A DNA stretch of 64,000 bases. Source: a virus. Numbering within the stretch: position 1 is the stretch's first letter; each line of letters starts with the position of its first letter. Below are positions 1-9,965 of this stretch, in pieces. A program made the position numbers and the translations under genes. The stretch lies in the IMG/VR virus record IMGVR_UViG_3300045988_099717, positions 82,967 to 146,966 of that record; one strand, written 5' to 3'. The notes under the pieces are model-generated. The model had not been told where the DNA came from and searched no databases. It was given only the letters and a program-made list of their open reading frames with translations.

Positions 1-3
1 TCG

Positions 4-2772
4 GTGTTGGATGATACGGTCATTAACGCGATTGCCGGCACAAAAGAAGGCAAGAGGGTCATGAAGGAAATAGAATCTATAAAACAGAATCATCCTGAAC
101 TTTATTCTCCTATTAATGAATGGCATGCTTTGGATCCTTATTACAAATGGAGGTCAGATGGTAAAGCAGGATCAAGGTTAGGGGGTCTTCATTATTCTCC
201 TTATGTAGATTACACTAAGGAGATAAATAAGCTGGTTAGTGACTTTAGGAAAAATAACGAAGGCAAGAAGATTCAGACAACAGAATATGATGTTAAAGGT
301 AATCCTACTGGTGGTATTATAGAAGTTAATGTAGATGAACTTACAGATTCCCAGATAAGGAATTTTGTGTCTGCTAACTTATCTGAAAACATGAGGAATC
401 AGATGAGAATAGAAGCATCGTACATGGCAGCCACCAATCCGGTGTTCAGTAATCCGGATTTGGTTAGTCAATACATTGGGTCTTATGTCGAAAGATACGA
501 TAGACACATAGGAGCATTGGAAGCGAAAAAGAAATCAGTAGGTGATAATAAGAGTATTATTGATCGTATTGACAGTCAGATACAGGAAGCTAAAAATCAG
601 AAAGCAGAAGCCAAGAGGGAGGCAGATATGATAATAGCTTCGTCTGATCCGGTAGCGGCTGCTAATTTTGTTGTTACCAATAATCTTTTCGATAAGATGA
701 CTGATGCATGGAGATACGACAATACAAGTTTTGAAAGGAAGAAAGATGATCTTTATTTTGCGAGGTTAGAAGAGGATAGGGCTCAGCAAAAGTTTTTGAC
801 TGACAATGCTAAGTCTATGGTTGAAATATCATTGGCAAAAGAGAAACTTGCTCAGGCTAAGATTGAAACCGAGTACATGCGCACTTACGGCTCCAAGATG
901 GGAACTGAAAGCTCATCCGCAGGCGCAACAGGCGCAGGCGGCATGAGAGTGCCGATGGCTCCTATGGACGGGCCTACGGCCATTAACTCTGGCACAGGTA
1001 AGACAGGATCTGTTAATTTGGCCAATATTCCTTACGAGTTACTTAAATCTCATTCTATAGATCGTAAAGCCAATTTATTGAAATTATATAACTCGTTATC
1101 TCCTACAGATAGAAGCAATATCGTTGCAGCATCATACGAAGAAGAAAAAACTGATCCAGGATTGTATGCTAATATGACTCCTGAAGAGCGGATATATTCT
1201 TATTTGAAAAACAATGGAGGTCAGAAAAACGGATATTTCGGACAAGGAAATAACAGATTGTCTGAAGCTTATGATGCTTTACTTCTTTCTGATTCTAAGG
1301 CAAATGGAGCCACAAAGGCTATAAATAACATAACTAATTATCAAATCGATAATATAGTTACTGAAAAAAATAAGGATATTATCAGGAAGGTTCGTAATGC
1401 TAAGTTTATGAAAGGAAATTCTTTTATAAATCTTACCGATACAGATGATAAGGCTGGAGCTTTCCTACTCGCCACGGCCATAACAACTGGCGTATCTGAT
1501 GCCGTAGGGTTTAGAGAGTACATGATGGATCCTTCAAGAGGAATAGATATTCTTAGTGCTATATCTCCGTCATTAGGAGCTAAGGCGAGTGCCGGTAAGT
1601 TGGGGAAAAACATATCTGATGCTATTACAGGCGAGGATAATGGTTCTTCTACTGGCACGTTGGCTCTTATTAATGGAATGAAGAAACTCAATGGTGATCC
1701 CGATTTTAATATATCCGATTATATGACTATAGATAAGGATGGTGATATAGATCTAAAAGATTATCAGGAAGGGGAGCCTTTGACTATTACTCAGTTAAGA
1801 TATGCTGAGAAAAACAGTAGGGTGTCTGATATGATAGCAGGTCAGATGCAGGATGAGATAAAAATGTCTGTATCTCCCGATCAGATTTCTGATAAGTTAT
1901 CTCAGTATCATTACCTTGATTCTTACAAAAGATACAATTGGAATGCCGATTCACCGGAAAAGTCTTTGCAGAAGGCTCAGTTTAGAAGATTGTCTGGTTA
2001 CATGGCAGGAAAGGTAAATAATCTGGATCCTACTGCTATTAATTCCATCAATATGGATGCCGAGATAGATAATGGTACTGTCAGAAGGTTCTTGACTGCT
2101 CAAGTAGGGTCCGGTGAAAACTCTTATGTTACAGAAAGGGTAGAGATCACAAATGATGAGCTTCTTAAGGCAGGTATAGATCCTTCGGTTGAGGAGCGCA
2201 ATTATCCGGTGGATGGTTACAAATCAAGTTTTGGAACTTGTGATTTTGTAGATACCGGAAAGAAGGAAGGCTATTCTTATGATAAGTATCTCATACGTAA
2301 TGGTCTTCCCCGTTTGGCTTCTAAGGCTGATGTTAAGAATGATCTTTATGATATAGTAAAGGTGCATGGTTCTTATCTTAAGCCTGAGGAAATGAATGTT
2401 GTTAAAACCCTTGTTGATAATTTCATTGATATGTCTGACAACATATCAGTTCAGTTGGAAGGAATGGATGACAGGGGTTCGAGAGAGGTAGCGGTCAATT
2501 TCTATGATAAAAGGACTAAAAATTCTAAAAATCCTGCATTGTTGTTCTCGGATTTTGTTCCTTTGGATCCGGGTAATGATGAGTATGCGGATTACTGGAA
2601 TAACATTCACCAGAAGTGTCCTCAGTACTTCTTTGTAAAATACGTGAAGGAGGCTGTTCAAGAGCGTCTTGATCAGATGAGAGATCCGTATATGAGAGGA
2701 ATAAATATCATGCCTAACATGAATGACAAGTTTAGTAAGTTGAACGATTTTTTGCAAAAAATTTATGGCTGA
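4..2772 (+). CDS. Giant late-type protein (virion or injected protein candidate), 5' end cut by the window edge
   Basis: 922-codon open frame running from the window edge. Its TGA stop overlaps the next start (ATGGCTGA). It contains a G/A/P-rich low-complexity linker and a DKDGD motif at 1732-1746. No domain recognised. Confidence 0.6.
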   Translation: MLDDTVINAIAGTKEGKRVMKEIESIKQNHPELYSPINEWHALDPYYKWRSDGKAGSRLGGLHYSPYVDYTKEINKLVSDFRKNNEGKKIQTTEYDVKGNPTGGIIEVNVDELTDSQIRNFVSANLSENMRNQMRIEASYMAATNPVFSNPDLVSQYIGSYVERYDRHIGALEAKKKSVGDNKSIIDRIDSQIQEAKNQKAEAKREADMIIASSDPVAAANFVVTNNLFDKMTDAWRYDNTSFERKKDDLYFARLEEDRAQQKFLTDNAKSMVEISLAKEKLAQAKIETEYMRTYGSKMGTESSSAGATGAGGMRVPMAPMDGPTAINSGTGKTGSVNLANIPYELLKSHSIDRKANLLKLYNSLSPTDRSNIVAASYEEEKTDPGLYANMTPEERIYSYLKNNGGQKNGYFGQGNNRLSEAYDALLLSDSKANGATKAINNITNYQIDNIVTEKNKDIIRKVRNAKFMKGNSFINLTDTDDKAGAFLLATAITTGVSDAVGFREYMMDPSRGIDILSAISPSLGAKASAGKLGKNISDAITGEDNGSSTGTLALINGMKKLNGDPDFNISDYMTIDKDGDIDLKDYQEGEPLTITQLRYAEKNSRVSDMIAGQMQDEIKMSVSPDQISDKLSQYHYLDSYKRYNWNADSPEKSLQKAQFRRLSGYMAGKVNNLDPTAINSINMDAEIDNGTVRRFLTAQVGSGENSYVTERVEITNDELLKAGIDPSVEERNYPVDGYKSSFGTCDFVDTGKKEGYSYDKYLIRNGLPRLASKADVKNDLYDIVKVHGSYLKPEEMNVVKTLVDNFIDMSDNISVQLEGMDDRGSREVAVNFYDKRTKNSKNPALLFSDFVPLDPGNDEYADYWNNIHQKCPQYFFVKYVKEAVQERLDQMRDPYMRGINIMPNMNDKFSKLNDFLQKIYG

Positions 2773-5700
2773 TAATAACATAGATAGATATAATCCTGCT
2801 GCTAAAACCACTTACGAAGATGTGGCAAGGCAAAGGAAATTAGCTGAAGAAGAAAATTACACTCCGGCTACATTACCAGAGACGACAACGCCTCTGGTTC
2901 CTAATTATATGCCTGGTGAAGGTGTGTATGCCCAACCTAAATTTCCAGATTATGCATCAAGGATAGCTGCTGCCGAATACGAAGAGCCGTATATAGCCAA
3001 GGAGATAAGCAACAGTTACTCGGAGGCACTGGCCCGTAACAGCTACAGGGGGGCTACACCTGCCCCGCCGCCTCTTAATCCCTATGGACCGAAGGTAAGT
3101 ATCCGTGAAAGTCATCAGATGGGTAATGATGGGGTATGGCGTACAAAATATCCCAACTATATTCCGGGTATAAACAATGAAGATTATTATGCCAGGAGAC
3201 AGAGCGGATGGAGTAAGTTTTGGAATGGTGTAGGCAAATTCGCTTTAAAATCCGCATTGTACGGTGCACAAGGAGTTGTGTCATTGCCTGACAAACTTAT
3301 CAATATGGCATCTGAGGGAAGTTACAAAGCTGCGTTAAACACTAACATGGATAAGTTTGTAGGTGATCTTGACCAGCAAATAGACATGCTTCTTCCCCAT
3401 TATTACAAGAAAGAGGTAGAAGATTATAATTTCGGTCAGAAGCTTTTTAAGGATACCGGTAATTTCTTATGGAATGATGTCCTTGGTAACGGAATGTCTT
3501 TTACCGTAGGAGCCATGATATCAGCGTACATGACCGGAGGACTTGGAGTTGGATCATTGGGCAATATAGGTGCTAAATTAGGTGGAAGAATCGGAGCTAA
3601 GTTAGCAGCAAGGCAAGCTGCAAATAGGGGTATAGGAAGCCTTAAAAGCGTGTTTAATGACTATGTAAGAAAAGGAGTTGCTACCGGAAGAAATGTAGGG
3701 GAGGCGGCTAAAACCATGACGTTGTTGGCTACCAGTGCCGGATTCGAGTCATCGGTTGAAGCAAATTCTTTTATGAAGCAATCTGAGTCTGATTTCAAGG
3801 ATTATTATCGTAAGATTTATGGTCGTGATCCCAATGCAGAGGAAATGGCTGTTTTTCGTAATTTTAATGCTGATGTAGGTAGTGCTATATTTGCCGCCAA
3901 TATGGGTATAGTAGGATTATCTAACTGGCTTCTTTTTGGTAAGTATATAGGGTTAGGAGGCAAGGCTATACCAGGGTTGGAAAAGAAGCTCAACAAGCAT
4001 TTATTTGGATTAGGGACGGAAGTTGCGAAGCCGGGAGAGATGGCTATTAAAATAACCAATCCCAATATAGGACAAAAGATAGCAGGCAATGTTTTCAATA
4101 TCATGAAAAGGCCGGTGTCCGAAGGCTTATGGGAAGAAGGATCTCAAGGTGCTGTTCAGAATACGGCTGAGGAATATGTTAAGTCAAGATATGATAATGT
4201 AGCCATGAACGGAGCCGTTGATGTTCTTGATGCTATTTCTGAAGGATTTAAAAAGCAATATACGTCTAAAGAAGGATGGACTGAAATAGGAATCGGTGCT
4301 ATTATCGGTTCTTTGTTTGGTATGAGGGAAGGCTTCTTTGGGGTTAAAGAGTATAGCAATAGTCAGATCTTGCTGGAAAGGCAAGTGAATGAATACAACA
4401 AAGCATCTTCTAATCTTAACACGGCGGCTTTGAATACGTTGAAAAAATCAATGAGTTTAGGGCCTCAAGTTCGTTCCGATGCCCAGTCTATGACTGGCAA
4501 GGAGCTTGATGATGCTATGTTTGAAAAGATGTCTATTGACAACCAAATGGGAACCTTAGAGGATTCGGCTGAAAATTTTAGGCAGATGATTGATATGATG
4601 CCTATTTCGGAAATAGCCGAAGCTAATGGAATGTCTTTGGAAGAGGCAAAGAAATACAAGGATTCTATTATTGATAATTATAACAATCGTCTTTCGGATT
4701 TCAGATCTGCCCAGAGTTTTGCCGAAGATCTTATAGGTGATGATTCTAAGATTGAGTTTAGGAAATACGTGGCTCGTAATGCCTTCCTTGGTCTTCAATC
4801 AGAATCAAGAATGAAAGACATAGCTTCTGTCATAGAAACGCTTTCGGGGCAGCCTCGCGTGGCGGATGCTCTAAGTACGTTCTCCCGGCTGTCGGACAGG
4901 GCAAGGGAACGGGCGATGGCTATCCGTGGCATACGGTCAAGAATAGAAGAACTTGAATCCGAAATAGAAGATCTTGCTACCCGCCCTCGCAACGTAGAAG
5001 GGAAAGATCCACAAGCTGAATCCATACAACGAAAAACCAAAGAATTGGAAAGCCTTAGAACCAATTACAATAATTCGTTGTCTGAGTTATCAACGTTAAT
5101 AGGAAAAGAGTTTTCGATAGAAGAGCTGGTAAGTAAAACCGAATCTGTTTTATCATCTCCTCTTTCTCCCATAAGTTCACAAGATGTGATAGAAGCCTAT
5201 GATACGCTTGTGGCTTTTGATGATTATTTTAATGTAAAATCAAGACAGGAAAAGAAGTTTACAGCCAAAGACAAAGCCATGAGATCCTTGGTAAATGAAT
5301 ACCGAAGAAGTTTGATGGACTATAGGAATATGAATAACTTCTTGTCTAAGATGCTTGATAAAAGATTCTTAGCTGAGGAAAACAGGGGGTTTTCAAAAGC
5401 GCTGTCTTCTCTATGGTCTACTCCTTATAAAGGGGATGACAAGGTTCCTGATTTTGCAGAGTCTAATAAAGTTGGTGAATATGACACTGATGAGGTAGTA
5501 GATCAAGCTGTGTCAGAAGGTAAGATTTCGGAAGACGAAGCTTGGACTATCAAGGCTTTTATGCATGCTCTTGATAAAGTAAGGGAAGATAGGATGAAGG
5601 AAGCAGAAGATGATATAAAAGAGTCACCGCTTACGGAGTCTGTATCGGATGAAGATTATGAGGCTGCTATGGATAATCCTATTATGGTTCCGGCCGTAAG

Positions 5701-8700
5701 GCAGTCTATAATTGATAAACTATATACAGGTAATGCCGATCTTCTTACTGAGAGAGAAAAAGATGTGTATGATAAATACAAACAAGATTTTGATGATTAT
5801 GTATCGTCTTTGGGTGACAGTCCCGTTAATCTCATAAAATCATTATCTGAAAAGGCTGATAGGCTTACAAGTCCGAGATCTGTGTATGAGGATAATAAAG
5901 CTATTATTGATATGGCTAAATCCAATTTGGAACCAGATCAAAGGAAGGAACTTGATGATGCTATTTCTTCGTATGTTGATATAATGAACAGACGGGACAA
6001 AGGGGAGAAAGTTGACGAAGATAAGCTTGCCGATTCGGTATTTACCATAGAAGATCTTGGCCAGGTTGGAAACATCACGGATCTCCTTCCTTATATCGAA
6101 CAAAACAGGATTATTGATAAAGGTCGTATTTCCGAATCTACGTTAAGTAATTTTGGGGAGGATGATGCTAATATAGATTCTCTTGTAAATGAATTAGACG
6201 AATCTGATAATACGCCGGGAGCCAATATAGATAGCGCCCAGAATCCAGAGACGTTGATGGTAAGAAGAATCTCCAATGACGGCAATGAAAGGTATGAAAT
6301 TGCAGGTCTTAGAGCCGATAAATTTATATCTTCTATAAAATCATTGGTTCCTATTCAAATAAGCTCTGAAACGAACGCTAATGGCACTAAAAGGTATTCT
6401 CTTAATATAGGTGGAGAAACGGCTACTATAATTGAATTGCCTTATCATGCGAGATGGTCTATAGACAAAGAATCGGCTCGTGTTCTTAACCGTTACACAG
6501 ACGTGTCTATTCAGGACGTGGGTAATTCCTATTCTTTGGTTTATAAGCGTCTTGATTCAGATGAGTTGGTTCCGTACAGAACAGGTGTTGGATTCGGAGA
6601 GAATGAGGTAGATAAAATAGATCAGGAAGCATTATCTTCTTTGAAAAAAGGAGATAAGGTTAATCTCGAAATAGATGTAAATGATACCTATAATCAGTCT
6701 CTTTTTGCCGAATACAATGATGCTGTTCAGTCCGGCGATAAAAAAAGAATAGAATCTGCTGAGAATAAACTGGTGTCCAATATGGTTATCAAGGTCATGA
6801 GTGGGAACCGATTCGTTTCTGTTGTAAAAGCTGATACAGGAGGCATAGATGGTATAAGTAAAATAAGAAGAACGGCTTTCAACAAGTGGAAGAAGGATGC
6901 CGGCCGGTCGGCTACCATCGGCGTCGGCACGCATGTTGTTGCCCAGACCCTTCCCGGAAGACCGGTGTTTAACATGAAGGTGAACGGTCAAGGATATGGC
7001 CAGGTAGAAAATCTCCCCATTACCGAAAAAGGTGCTGAAAAAATATCTGATGTAGGATATGTATTAAATGGCAAAGTCGTGCTTAAGAACGGCTCTAAAT
7101 ACACAGGCTTCCCATTTGCTTATTCTATATTAAATGACAAGGGGAATAATTACAAAAATGTAAGAGTTCCGGTAGTTGTTATCAAGGGTAAAAACGGTCT
7201 TAATTATCTTTTCCCGGTTAGTCTACGTTCTGTAGAATCAGAGGAAGGAAAGAAATGGATTTCTTTTATAGATATGCTGCTTGAATCCAGTGGCTCTGAA
7301 TTGTTACAGATGGGTCAAGATGATATACAAGATCTTAATGCGTATCTAACCAAGTTAGGTCTTGATCCGGCTTCGTATCAAGTATCGTACTTGAATCCTA
7401 TTTCAGGGCTTAGAAAAGCTCGTGAGGCTATAGAAAAATTATCTACGGTTCCTGATGTTGTTAAGTGGGTAGAAGATGAAAGCAGGAATGTGAAAGACAT
7501 TGTGACGTCTGAAGTAGAATCTGGAATAGATTTCGAAGGTGAGATGTTTGTCGCTCCTAAGATCAGGATTCAGTTTGGTAAATCATCTTCCAGACCTAAG
7601 TCGCTTATAGAGGAGGATCTTCCTTTCTCTGATGAGGGTAAGATCGTTACTTCTAAAGAAGACGTGGATGTTTATGAAGAGGAAATGTCAGAGGAAGGGG
7701 CTGTCCGGGGGACTCAGCCGGCGCCATTAGCTCAGCCGGCTCCTGCGGCACAAGCTACGCAGTCTTTACCTGGCAAGAAGCGTACCTCCAGGAAAAACTT
7801 CTCTCTTATGTTAAACGAAATAGAATCTCATATAGAAAAAGAAGGATTGCCGCCTTATGCTAATATTTTTGATTTTATAGCAAGGAAGATTGTAGGAGGT
7901 GACTTGAGGTTTCTTCGTGAGAGAGGTAATCCTAAAAGTCTTAAGGAGGAAATGGGATTAGAACCTAAAGGAACAGTAGGTGATAAGATATCCACTCCTT
8001 CCAAGAAAAGTGGTAAGACCTTAGATGAATATGTTTCTTGGCTTCGTTCTCAAACAGATCAGGTAGTAGTGGATTATGTTGGTTCAAGGTCTGATGAACA
8101 AATTATATCAGAGTTGAAAAACTTTTTGAAATATATTAATTTTGTTCCGAGTAAGGCTTTGAATTATTCCCTTAGAGTCAATGGCATGGACACCCTAAAG
8201 GAATATGGCACAAAAGAGGAAGTAGAAAAAATGGAATATGACATCAATAGTTTGGTTTCTAAAGTTTTGCCTACGGTGGATAATCAAACTGTAGAAGATG
8301 TTTCTACTGCAATAAAATCAAACAACTTGCCTGCCATATGGAGTCCTGTGGAAAGTCTTAATATGACAAATGAGGAAAAAATAGAGTTTTTGAATAACAT
8401 AGCGGATTTCCTTAGCGGCATACCAGGGTATGATACCGTTGTGGAGTCTATAGAGTCAGAATCAGATAATATTTTAAATGATGGAAAAGAAGGAAGTGCA
8501 GAAGGCGGTGCAGTACGCACTGAGGAAGATGGCGATAAAAAGGGAGATGGAGAAGGCAAAGGACAATCCAGAACAAATGTCGAAGTTGAAGGAAATGTCG
8601 AATTACCTGGATCTGAAGAAGGAAGAGTAGATAACTATAGGAAGAACGGAGATAAGTTCTCTGACATTGCTGAAGTCACCTTATGGCTACTTAGAAGGGC

Positions 8701-9406
8701 TGCCGGCATAACCTCTATCCCAGAAGGAGAAGAGGTTTATGTAGAGGGAGATGAGGTTAATAGTATTATGACCGATATGGAATCCAGGTACGGTATAGAC
8801 ACCATTAACCATGCGCATACAACTAAGGCTATAAGGGGTCTTAATGATGTGTCAGGTTATAAAGTAGAATACGGCTTAACCTTTTTGACATACGATCCTT
8901 TTATTAGGATATCCAATCCAAGGAAAGAATCTAAGGCTGCAAAAGACGAGCCTCGTATATTCGAAGAACCGTTTACTTACATATCAAGGGTAACAACCCC
9001 TTATTTCTTGTACGGCGGTGATGAAGCATACACGTCTGTTTCGGCTAAGATAGAACCTATACCAGAGAAGATAATGGCTCGTAATGGCATTAAATTTGGC
9101 ATGAGCGTAACCCAGCTAACCAAATTAGGATACAAAAAAGCTGGTGGAAACTGGATATACAAATTCTACATGAACTCAGGTGTGTATGATTTATATAATA
9201 TCAGTACCGGAGAAGCGTTTAGGGCAAAACCAGATCTTGGAGTTAAGATAAGTTCCAGCGCATTCATCCGTTCTTTATCTCAATCTGGTAGGAAAATACA
9301 AAATATGATGAGTAACATGAGCCAGGAAGAGATAGATAGGAATAAGAATCTTGTAGAAGGTTCTGATAATTCGGATTCGATAAATGAGTTAAATAAGGAG
9401 TGTTGA
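2765..9406 (+). CDS. Giant protein of 2213 aa, function unknown (virion or injected protein candidate)
   Basis: Uninterrupted 6.6-kb ORF that overlaps the upstream stop. It has coiled-coil-like stretches, several low-complexity linkers (P/A-rich near 7700, G/E-rich near 8500) and local GC-rich patches. No catalytic motif recognised. Confidence 0.75.
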   Translation: MADNNIDRYNPAAKTTYEDVARQRKLAEEENYTPATLPETTTPLVPNYMPGEGVYAQPKFPDYASRIAAAEYEEPYIAKEISNSYSEALARNSYRGATPAPPPLNPYGPKVSIRESHQMGNDGVWRTKYPNYIPGINNEDYYARRQSGWSKFWNGVGKFALKSALYGAQGVVSLPDKLINMASEGSYKAALNTNMDKFVGDLDQQIDMLLPHYYKKEVEDYNFGQKLFKDTGNFLWNDVLGNGMSFTVGAMISAYMTGGLGVGSLGNIGAKLGGRIGAKLAARQAANRGIGSLKSVFNDYVRKGVATGRNVGEAAKTMTLLATSAGFESSVEANSFMKQSESDFKDYYRKIYGRDPNAEEMAVFRNFNADVGSAIFAANMGIVGLSNWLLFGKYIGLGGKAIPGLEKKLNKHLFGLGTEVAKPGEMAIKITNPNIGQKIAGNVFNIMKRPVSEGLWEEGSQGAVQNTAEEYVKSRYDNVAMNGAVDVLDAISEGFKKQYTSKEGWTEIGIGAIIGSLFGMREGFFGVKEYSNSQILLERQVNEYNKASSNLNTAALNTLKKSMSLGPQVRSDAQSMTGKELDDAMFEKMSIDNQMGTLEDSAENFRQMIDMMPISEIAEANGMSLEEAKKYKDSIIDNYNNRLSDFRSAQSFAEDLIGDDSKIEFRKYVARNAFLGLQSESRMKDIASVIETLSGQPRVADALSTFSRLSDRARERAMAIRGIRSRIEELESEIEDLATRPRNVEGKDPQAESIQRKTKELESLRTNYNNSLSELSTLIGKEFSIEELVSKTESVLSSPLSPISSQDVIEAYDTLVAFDDYFNVKSRQEKKFTAKDKAMRSLVNEYRRSLMDYRNMNNFLSKMLDKRFLAEENRGFSKALSSLWSTPYKGDDKVPDFAESNKVGEYDTDEVVDQAVSEGKISEDEAWTIKAFMHALDKVREDRMKEAEDDIKESPLTESVSDEDYEAAMDNPIMVPAVRQSIIDKLYTGNADLLTEREKDVYDKYKQDFDDYVSSLGDSPVNLIKSLSEKADRLTSPRSVYEDNKAIIDMAKSNLEPDQRKELDDAISSYVDIMNRRDKGEKVDEDKLADSVFTIEDLGQVGNITDLLPYIEQNRIIDKGRISESTLSNFGEDDANIDSLVNELDESDNTPGANIDSAQNPETLMVRRISNDGNERYEIAGLRADKFISSIKSLVPIQISSETNANGTKRYSLNIGGETATIIELPYHARWSIDKESARVLNRYTDVSIQDVGNSYSLVYKRLDSDELVPYRTGVGFGENEVDKIDQEALSSLKKGDKVNLEIDVNDTYNQSLFAEYNDAVQSGDKKRIESAENKLVSNMVIKVMSGNRFVSVVKADTGGIDGISKIRRTAFNKWKKDAGRSATIGVGTHVVAQTLPGRPVFNMKVNGQGYGQVENLPITEKGAEKISDVGYVLNGKVVLKNGSKYTGFPFAYSILNDKGNNYKNVRVPVVVIKGKNGLNYLFPVSLRSVESEEGKKWISFIDMLLESSGSELLQMGQDDIQDLNAYLTKLGLDPASYQVSYLNPISGLRKAREAIEKLSTVPDVVKWVEDESRNVKDIVTSEVESGIDFEGEMFVAPKIRIQFGKSSSRPKSLIEEDLPFSDEGKIVTSKEDVDVYEEEMSEEGAVRGTQPAPLAQPAPAAQATQSLPGKKRTSRKNFSLMLNEIESHIEKEGLPPYANIFDFIARKIVGGDLRFLRERGNPKSLKEEMGLEPKGTVGDKISTPSKKSGKTLDEYVSWLRSQTDQVVVDYVGSRSDEQIISELKNFLKYINFVPSKALNYSLRVNGMDTLKEYGTKEEVEKMEYDINSLVSKVLPTVDNQTVEDVSTAIKSNNLPAIWSPVESLNMTNEEKIEFLNNIADFLSGIPGYDTVVESIESESDNILNDGKEGSAEGGAVRTEEDGDKKGDGEGKGQSRTNVEVEGNVELPGSEEGRVDNYRKNGDKFSDIAEVTLWLLRRAAGITSIPEGEEVYVEGDEVNSIMTDMESRYGIDTINHAHTTKAIRGLNDVSGYKVEYGLTFLTYDPFIRISNPRKESKAAKDEPRIFEEPFTYISRVTTPYFLYGGDEAYTSVSAKIEPIPEKIMARNGIKFGMSVTQLTKLGYKKAGGNWIYKFYMNSGVYDLYNISTGEAFRAKPDLGVKISSSAFIRSLSQSGRKIQNMMSNMSQEEIDRNKNLVEGSDNSDSINELNKEC

Positions 9407-9408
9407 GT

Positions 9409-9939
9409 ATGAGAAGGAGATTTTTTAATGCTGCGGATAATTTTGTGGGAGGATGTTATAATAAGTTATCTAATGAAGATATAAAAAGGCTTGGAGGAAA
9501 AAGGCCTTATGTATGTCAGTTTAATAAAATTCATATACATATAGGACCTGTATTAAAAGATCATGATTCCGATGTTAGTTACATAATGTTTAATAGTAAT
9601 TGGAATTATGGTGGTTATGAATCTATGGTTTATCATCATAGCAATAATGGTATTTTTATATTAGGTGAAAACAAAATTGGTAATATAGAAGACCATATAC
9701 AAGATCTAACATATTGGTACGAATATGATCCGAGTCTTAATGAAAATTATTGTTATTTTTATTATGAGGCTAATAACAGCGGAAATGCTATCAAGTTGAA
9801 TGGTGAGTTTGGTAGTGCCAGTACTGTTTTCAACATTCCCAGCTTGGAAGTCACCACTCTTCGTGATGGCAGTTTGAGTTTTCCGGAGATTCATATAGAG
9901 GGAGTTTGGGATCCGTCATTGTATAAATCAGTTTTATAA
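9409..9939 (+). CDS. Hypothetical protein with N-terminal MRRRF motif
   Basis: ORF directly downstream of the giant ORF. The likely ATG is at 9409, preceded by AAGGAG; the ORF track begins at GTG 9400. The N-terminal MRRRF is shared with the ORFs at 28816 and 29438. Confidence 0.55.
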   Translation: MRRRFFNAADNFVGGCYNKLSNEDIKRLGGKRPYVCQFNKIHIHIGPVLKDHDSDVSYIMFNSNWNYGGYESMVYHHSNNGIFILGENKIGNIEDHIQDLTYWYEYDPSLNENYCYFYYEANNSGNAIKLNGEFGSASTVFNIPSLEVTTLRDGSLSFPEIHIEGVWDPSLYKSVL

Positions 9940-9965
9940 TTAACTTTGCAAAAAAGTTAATTATT

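Noticed and set aside
1341-9400. Many 60-190-aa minus-strand ORFs inside the giant + strand genes (for example 1341-1691, 2446-2811, 3817-4104, 6632-6991, 8284-8559)
   Set aside because: They lie antisense within long, clearly coding ORFs, have low-complexity or hydrophobic compositions typical of shadow ORFs, and have no start context. I treated them as non-coding.
9409-9423. MRRRF read as a twin-arginine (Tat) export signal
   Set aside because: RRxF matches the Tat core, but no hydrophobic h-region follows in any of the three proteins, and phage structural proteins are not exported. It is more likely a shared N-terminal tag or translation-initiation context.
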